Shown piece by piece: positions 58,480 through 64,000 of a stretch of 64,000 bases of DNA (the first letter of the stretch is position 1; each line of letters starts with the position of its first letter). Under the pieces are notes generated by a model. That model ran no database searches and had not been told where the DNA came from. It saw only the letters and a program-made list of their open reading frames with translations. The stretch is from Syntrophales bacterium (GTDB lineage: Bacteria > Desulfobacterota > Syntrophia > Syntrophales > UBA6807), in contig JAXGPA010000001.1 of the NCBI GenBank assembly GCA_040767195.1, forward strand, positions 224,001 through 288,000, read 5' to 3'. The position numbers were made by a program, and so were the translations under genes.

Positions 58480-59211
58480 ATGACAAAAACAAAGACACCG
58501 GAATCCCTCTTTCCGGAAATAACGGCGCAGATGAAAAACCTCTTCGGCGACGGACTGCTGTCCCTCACCCTTTACGGCAGCGCGGCGACTCCCGACTACC
58601 GCCCCGGAAAGTCGGACATCAATTTCCTCGCCGTTCTTTCCGACGAGGCGAAAAAAGCACTGGCCCGCGTGGTGCCCTTGGTCAGGCCGTGGAAGAAAAA
58701 AGGCATGGCCGTCCCTCTTTTCATGACGGAAAGGGAGATCCGGGCCTCCCTTGACGTGTTTCCCCTGGAATTTCTCACGATGCAGAAACATCACGTACCC
58801 GTCTTCGGAAACGACCTCCTGGGAAGCCTCGACTTCCGCAAGGACCACGTCCGGCTTCAGTGCGAACGGGATCTTCGGGGCAAACTCCTCCTTCTTCGGA
58901 GCGGTTTCCTCGATTCGCTGGGAAAGGCAGGGGACCTGCGACGGCTCATCGGCGCCTCCATGACCGCTTTCGTTTCCATCTTTCAAGGGATCCTCTTCCT
59001 CAGGGACCGGCCCATCCCGGACACGCGGCGGGAAATCATCGCGGAAACGGCCCGGGACCTGTCCCTGGACGGGTCCATCTTTTTCAAGTGCCTGGAAATC
59101 CGGGAAGGGACACTTCGCCTTTCCGAAAATGAGACGACGGAAATTTTCACACGGTATCTCGGGGCCGTCGAGGCCCTCGCCGAGAGGATGGATCGTAACG
59201 GCGGGCTCTGA
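58480..59211 (+). CDS. nucleotidyltransferase-fold protein
   Basis: LTLYGSAA...SDINFL, DVFPLEF, RLQCERDL. Confidence 0.75.
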   Translation: MTKTKTPESLFPEITAQMKNLFGDGLLSLTLYGSAATPDYRPGKSDINFLAVLSDEAKKALARVVPLVRPWKKKGMAVPLFMTEREIRASLDVFPLEFLTMQKHHVPVFGNDLLGSLDFRKDHVRLQCERDLRGKLLLLRSGFLDSLGKAGDLRRLIGASMTAFVSIFQGILFLRDRPIPDTRREIIAETARDLSLDGSIFFKCLEIREGTLRLSENETTEIFTRYLGAVEALAERMDRNGGL

Positions 59212-59262
59212 AGGCCCGCCGGGGGTGAATGAACGACTGACCCGTTTCAAGGAGGTTCGACC

Positions 59263-59838
59263 ATGAGCAGAGGAATGAAATCCTTTCTCGTTTTTGCGGC
59301 TGTCATCGCCCTGTTGGCGCTTCTTTCCTATTCCTTCGTCAAGAATACCTACAACGACTTCGTCTCCCTGGACGAGGCCGTCCGGGCCGCCTGGGCCCAG
59401 GTGGACAATCAGCTTCAGCGCCGGTATGACCTGATCCCGAACCTGGTCGAAACGGTCAAGGGGTTCGCCAGTCAGGAGCAGCAGGTCTTCATCGAGGTGA
59501 CGAAGGCCCGTTCCCAGGTGGGGAGCGCCGGCACCGTCCCGGAAAAGATCGCGGCGAACAACGAGCTCACTTCGGCCCTCAGCCGGCTTCTTCTCGTCGT
59601 GGAGCGTTACCCTGACCTCAAGTCGAACGAGAATTTCATGAAACTTCAGGACGAACTTGCGGGAACGGAAAACCGGATCGCCGTGGAAAGAAGACGGTAC
59701 AACGAAGCCGTCAGAACCTACAACGTCCGGATACGCAGTTTTCCCGCCAATCTCCTGGCGGGGTTTTTCGGCTTCGACAAGCAGCCTTTTTACGAGGTCC
59801 CCGAGGCCGCCCGGGCGGTTCCCGAAGTCCGGTTCTGA
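59263..59838 (+). CDS. lemA: LemA family protein
   Basis: QRRYDLIPNLVETVKG, ERYPDLKS, ELAGTENRIAVERRRYN. Confidence 0.95.
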   Translation: MSRGMKSFLVFAAVIALLALLSYSFVKNTYNDFVSLDEAVRAAWAQVDNQLQRRYDLIPNLVETVKGFASQEQQVFIEVTKARSQVGSAGTVPEKIAANNELTSALSRLLLVVERYPDLKSNENFMKLQDELAGTENRIAVERRRYNEAVRTYNVRIRSFPANLLAGFFGFDKQPFYEVPEAARAVPEVRF

Positions 59839-59991
59839 AAGGCCCCCCGGTGTAACCGGGACCCCCCCCTGGTGACGCAGGAGAACGACCGATGCCGTCT
59901 CATGGGACTTTTTGACGCCCCCGGGGTTGATTCACCGGGATGCGTGATTATATTGCCAGGGTAAGATAAGAAAGGAAGAATAAACATCCCC

Positions 59992-60321
59992 ATGGGACAG
60001 GTTTTGATCAGCCGATTTCCCCAGGCCGTGACCCGGTGCCGCTCCTGCGGCAAACGGGAAGGTGAAGACGGGGACAGGTTCATCCACACCTTCGACGAAC
60101 TCAAGGATATGACGCCGGAAGAGAAAAAGGCCCTGGAGTGGTTTTCTCTCAGGATCGAGTTGGAAGAGACGACGAAAACGGTTCTCGTTCCCGATGTCAA
60201 TTCCCGTGAGGATATGATTCATCTGTTTGTTTTCGAGAATCTTCTGGAGAGGCTTCTTCGGAACAAGCCGATCTGCCAGACCTGCTATGACCGGAAAAGG
60301 GCCCTGCCTCTTCCCATGTAA
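59992..60321 (+). CDS. hypothetical protein with two CxxC motifs
   Basis: CRSC and CQTC; fills the gap between lemA and the aminopeptidase. Confidence 0.65.
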   Translation: MGQVLISRFPQAVTRCRSCGKREGEDGDRFIHTFDELKDMTPEEKKALEWFSLRIELEETTKTVLVPDVNSREDMIHLFVFENLLERLLRNKPICQTCYDRKRALPLPM

Positions 60322-60346
60322 AGGGGACGCCGGGCCAGGCGGCCCG

Positions 60347-61588
60347 TCAGGCAAGCGGTCTGCCGGGCACGGAAAAGACACCGTCTTCGTACACCAGGAT
60401 CTCCCGTCCCGTTTCCAGGCGGGCGGTGACCGTCTTCGGCTCCGTGTTCACCAGGTCCCAGTGAAGCGCCGAGTCGTTGAACCCCAGAGATCGCTTCATG
60501 CTCTTCGTCAGGCGGGACGGGTCACCGGCGTAGGTGTCGCTGTAAGATGATCCCAGGGCCACATGGCAGTTGCCGTGAGACCCGCCGAAGTTCTCGTCGA
60601 AAAGGGTATCGGCCATGAAACGGTCGATCCGGGAAAAACGCCGGTCCGTCAGGGAAAACTCGCCGATCCGGCAGGCCCCCCGGTCCATGTCCACCTGCTT
60701 TTTGACAAACGCCTCCCCTTTTGCGGCGGACACCTCCACCACCCGGCCTTCCCGAAAGACGAGCCGCACCCCTTCCACGTAATTTCCGCTCCGATAGGAA
60801 GGCTGATCGGCGAAATAGGTCCCTTCCGTTCCCCGCCAGTCCGGTGACAGGAAGATTTCAAAGCTGGGGATATTGTGTCCCGAGATGCCGATCCACCGTC
60901 GCATCTTTCCCGGTGTGATGGTCAGGTCCGTCGACGCCGACCGGACCCGGAAAGAGGCGACGTCGAGACCGTTCAACCATTTCTTGATCCTGGAAACCTT
61001 CCCGTAGACGGCTTTCCACTCCGCCACGGGTTCGTCCCGGTCAAGGTAGCAGGCCTTCACAATCTGCTCCCGGTACGCCCCGATGCTCATCCCGGCGTGT
61101 TCAGCCAGTTTTTCCGTTGGAAAGGTGCACAGGGTCCACCCGAATACCCCCTGTTCCTCCCGTTTTTCGAGAATTTCCCGCAGGGGTTTCCGGGCCACCA
61201 GGGCCTTCCCGATCCGTTTCGGGTCCACATGGCTCAGGTGGGTCAGGGAGTCGGGACTGTGGAGATAAACGCTCCCGTTCAGGTTCTCGAAGAGTTCCCT
61301 GTCCCCGGGAGGGACGAAGACGAGCTGCCGGGACCCGGCGCTGTCGAAGAAACTCTTCTCCATTTTCGGCGTCAGGCCCATGCGGACGAGGACATTCAGG
61401 CCCCGCTTCAGGAGTTTCTCGTGGAGAATCTCCGCGAGCGCCAGGGCCGGGCGGTCGAAGCGGACGAGGACCGTTTCGTTTTTCCGGAATTTTTGATCCC
61501 GCGCCGTTGAAAGACCCCACAGGAGGACATCGGCATATCTTTCCAGGTGTTTTTCCGTCAGTTCCATGGCTCGTGGCTTCGCCGTCAT
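60347..61588 (-). CDS. M29 (AmpS/PepS-type) aminopeptidase
   Basis: HNIPSFEIF, IGEFSL, TLFDEN, CHVALGSSY, NDSALHWD. Confidence 0.92.
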   Translation of the reverse strand: MTAKPRAMELTEKHLERYADVLLWGLSTARDQKFRKNETVLVRFDRPALALAEILHEKLLKRGLNVLVRMGLTPKMEKSFFDSAGSRQLVFVPPGDRELFENLNGSVYLHSPDSLTHLSHVDPKRIGKALVARKPLREILEKREEQGVFGWTLCTFPTEKLAEHAGMSIGAYREQIVKACYLDRDEPVAEWKAVYGKVSRIKKWLNGLDVASFRVRSASTDLTITPGKMRRWIGISGHNIPSFEIFLSPDWRGTEGTYFADQPSYRSGNYVEGVRLVFREGRVVEVSAAKGEAFVKKQVDMDRGACRIGEFSLTDRRFSRIDRFMADTLFDENFGGSHGNCHVALGSSYSDTYAGDPSRLTKSMKRSLGFNDSALHWDLVNTEPKTVTARLETGREILVYEDGVFSVPGRPLA

Positions 61589-61598
61589 GGTTTTCTCC

Positions 61599-62171
61599 CT
61601 AAAAACGCAAAGGTTTGCAGAGCACTTCCCGGACCCTCAAGTCGAAAAACCGGCAGCTGTTGGCGGGCCTCAGGACCAGGGCCGTGTCCACCCCCTCCTC
61701 GGTACCCCCCATGGAGACGCAGTCCTCGTCGGTCCGGAGAAGGCCCGCGTCGGCGGCCATGAGGGCGATCTCGACGGCCACCTTCGTTCCCTGTCCGAAT
61801 ATTCGAAGGGTACTGGCCATGATCTCGTCCACCTGGTAGGTGGCCAGCTTGTTCCGGATCCCCCGCCCGACACCTCCGAAGGCGTGCTGCCCCGTGAAAA
61901 CGGAAACCCCCTTTTCTTCCAGGGCCTTCCGGGTTTCCGCCGGCATTTCCTGGACGTTGGGCTTGGAAAATCCCGCCATGTGGGTGACAACGACGAGACG
62001 GGGCGGACCGGGACCGAGAACGTCCAGGGCTTCCAGGGCCGTGCCGCCGCCGCAGGAGGGGACGACGACCGCGGCGATATGCCCCTCGCGGACCCGCTCG
62101 GAAACCCGTTGCAGAACCGCCCGGGTGTTTTCGGGGCCGGGCTTTTCAAAATACCGGCAGGACCGTTCCAT
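61599..62171 (-). CDS. stand-alone pyruvate kinase C-terminal (alpha/beta) domain protein
   Basis: YFEKPGPENT, VVTHMAGF, FGQGTKVAVEIALMAADAG, GVDTA. Confidence 0.85.
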   Translation of the reverse strand: MERSCRYFEKPGPENTRAVLQRVSERVREGHIAAVVVPSCGGGTALEALDVLGPGPPRLVVVTHMAGFSKPNVQEMPAETRKALEEKGVSVFTGQHAFGGVGRGIRNKLATYQVDEIMASTLRIFGQGTKVAVEIALMAADAGLLRTDEDCVSMGGTEEGVDTALVLRPANSCRFFDLRVREVLCKPLRF

Positions 62172-62238
62172 GGGATCCCTCCGTTCACCATCGATCACCC
62201 CGCATCTACCACAGGACGGCCATGGGGAAAACCTTTTT

Positions 62239-62805
62239 TTATTCCGCCCGCACCGGTTTGCCCGTGGGAATGTAGAGAACGCCGAAAAAAAGCCCCACCA
62301 GGGTCAGCCCGGCGCAAAAGAGAAACATGATGTAAAACCCGGCGTGGTCGGCCATCACCCCCCCGACGGTCGGTCCGATGATCCAGCCGAGATTCCAGGT
62401 CATGTTGTAAAAGCCGATGGCTTTCCCCCGGTGGCTTTCCGTCACCAGGTCGGCGACGAGAGCGGTGGCGGCCACGCCCATGGCCGCCCAGGCGATACCT
62501 TCGCCAGCCTGCACGACGAAAAGGACGACATAATTTGTCGTCAGGGCATACCCGAAGAAAACAAGGGCGAAAAGGCCCATGGACGACAGGAGCACCCGCT
62601 TCCGGCCGAACCGGTCCGCCAGGACCCCCATGTAAGGGGCGATGACAGCCCCCGCAACGGCCCCCCCGGTAAAGAGAAAACCGATCTGGCTCCGGGTGAG
62701 GCCGATCGTCCCCAGGTAAAGGGAAAGGACGGAATAGACGATGCCCGTGCAGATCATGAAGGGAAAAGTCGTGACGCAGACAAGATAAAGATCCTTGCGG
62801 TTCAT
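62239..62805 (-). CDS. half-size (6-TM) MFS-family membrane protein
   Basis: MFS motif A GVLADRFGRKR; RGKAIG..GPTVGG; ~188 aa. Confidence 0.8.
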   Translation of the reverse strand: MNRKDLYLVCVTTFPFMICTGIVYSVLSLYLGTIGLTRSQIGFLFTGGAVAGAVIAPYMGVLADRFGRKRVLLSSMGLFALVFFGYALTTNYVVLFVVQAGEGIAWAAMGVAATALVADLVTESHRGKAIGFYNMTWNLGWIIGPTVGGVMADHAGFYIMFLFCAGLTLVGLFFGVLYIPTGKPVRAE

Positions 62806-62959
62806 AAGCCACACCTCCCGGGATTCAGTCCCGCTCATGACGCCTGTCTTCCATTTAAAAAAACAGTCCCGCCCCGCTTGCGGGTCACCCTTTCATCGTA
62901 TATGATTCCTCCGGTATTTTGAAATCATTATTACACTTACGGCATGGAAGAGGAAAAAT

Positions 62960-64000
62960 ATGACCCTTGTGTACCGGAACAACGAGAGAATAACCCCCCG
63001 TAAAGGACAGGCCGCGGATGAAACGGGAAGAACCGGCGGATACACCCGCAGGAGCGGGAAAGGCCTGTCAGCGCCGCTGCACCTCCTCCTTGTATTTCTT
63101 CTGACACTCGGCCTTCTCTGCGGCTGCGGCGACGACAACGGCGGGTCCGCCGCCGGGCCGGAACAGCCCGGCGACTGGGGCGGGGAAGACTGCACGGCCC
63201 TGTCCTACGCCCGCTACGGCGACTACCTGTCCACCCAGATGGTGACAAACCGGACCTTCGGGTACGGCCTGTACGTCTGCGAGTTTCAGGCGGCCGACGG
63301 CCCCACGTGCTCCACCTTCTGGCTTTACGCCGACGAACCTTCCGTGAGAAACCTCCCCGACACCGCCCAGAACTGGCGGTGGAATGAAATCGATTTCGAG
63401 TTCGTCCCCTTCACGGAAGCGACCCAGTCCCAGTATTACACCTTTGCCGGCGGCCTTCCGAGACCCGCCGTCGAGGCCTTCGGGACAACGCTCAACTTCG
63501 GCGACCCCCGGTCCCAGCGCCTGGAGGACGACGCCGTTTCCTGGACCCGTGACAAGATTCAGACCGATGAAACGATCGCCCGGGACATGTGGCTTTACTA
63601 CAACACCTGGATGACCACCGAAAACGGGGGCCCGCCCACGGGGGGTCATTTCATCCTCAGGGACGCCCTTTCCAATTCAGAAACGCCGTCCCTCAACCTG
63701 GACATCACGGAGGAAAACCTGAAAAAAGCCCTTGACGACCTGAACGGGGGCCAGGGACTCTTCGGCGACAAGGGCCACTATACCGTCGCCAAAACGGCCT
63801 CAAGCGGCAAAGGGGACATCCGGGAGGGAAGCCTGAACATGATCCGCAACCTGGACGCGGGTCTCGTTCCCCAGCTTTCGCCCGGAGCGGTGGTCCATGC
63901 CGTGGAAGACACGTCCGTCATCGAAAAGGGGACCACCATTCTCGCCACGGACACCGCCGCCCGCACGGTGACCCTGAGCCGCCCGGCCACGAAAGCCGTC
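62960..64000 (+). CDS. GH16-like lipoprotein, truncated by the window edge
   Basis: ATG at 62960 after GAGG, frame open to 64000; LLCG-C lipobox; FGYGLY..STFWLY..WNEIDFE. Confidence 0.7.
   Translation, partial: MTLVYRNNERITPRKGQAADETGRTGGYTRRSGKGLSAPLHLLLVFLLTLGLLCGCGDDNGGSAAGPEQPGDWGGEDCTALSYARYGDYLSTQMVTNRTFGYGLYVCEFQAADGPTCSTFWLYADEPSVRNLPDTAQNWRWNEIDFEFVPFTEATQSQYYTFAGGLPRPAVEAFGTTLNFGDPRSQRLEDDAVSWTRDKIQTDETIARDMWLYYNTWMTTENGGPPTGGHFILRDALSNSETPSLNLDITEENLKKALDDLNGGQGLFGDKGHYTVAKTASSGKGDIREGSLNMIRNLDAGLVPQLSPGAVVHAVEDTSVIEKGTTILATDTAARTVTLSRPATKAV

Overview
GC-rich bacterial chromosomal segment; gene content and synteny suggest an anaerobic Desulfobacterota (Deltaproteobacteria), possibly Syntrophales-like (inference). 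Housekeeping blocks: pgpA-cinA-thpR-recA-recX-alaS; gltX with tRNA-Gln and tRNA-Glu; yceD-rpmF-fabD-fabG-acpP-fabF-rpiB-glyA-dCMP deaminase-nrdR-ribE-ribBA-ribH-nusB-trkA-trkH; leuS-lptE; rpsT. Accessory loci: a lexA-like/Y-family polymerase cassette with a perfect 20-bp operator, a split methionine synthase, a GNAT/M20/aminotransferase locus, ddh, an ADH-AOR operon, a K+ channel, tRNA-Val, copZ-copA, TPM/NTase/LemA, a half-size MFS and a GH16-like lipoprotein. The best candidate for an undescribed system is 28990-37452 (minus strand): a MarR regulator resembling CosR/EctR, a MetH-type reactivation domain, MetF, two non-pyrrolysine MttB-family methyltransferases, a methyl-THF:corrinoid methyltransferase, a corrinoid protein and an asparagine-synthetase-like ligase with a degenerate glutaminase site. 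I infer it may be a corrinoid-dependent N-methylation plus amide-forming pathway, possibly for a compatible solute. Two copies of a ~170-bp MITE-like element with 4-bp target duplications are also present; one supplies the gltX stop codon. No CRISPR array, rRNA, integrase or transposase was seen. All family calls come from motif recognition, not database searches.
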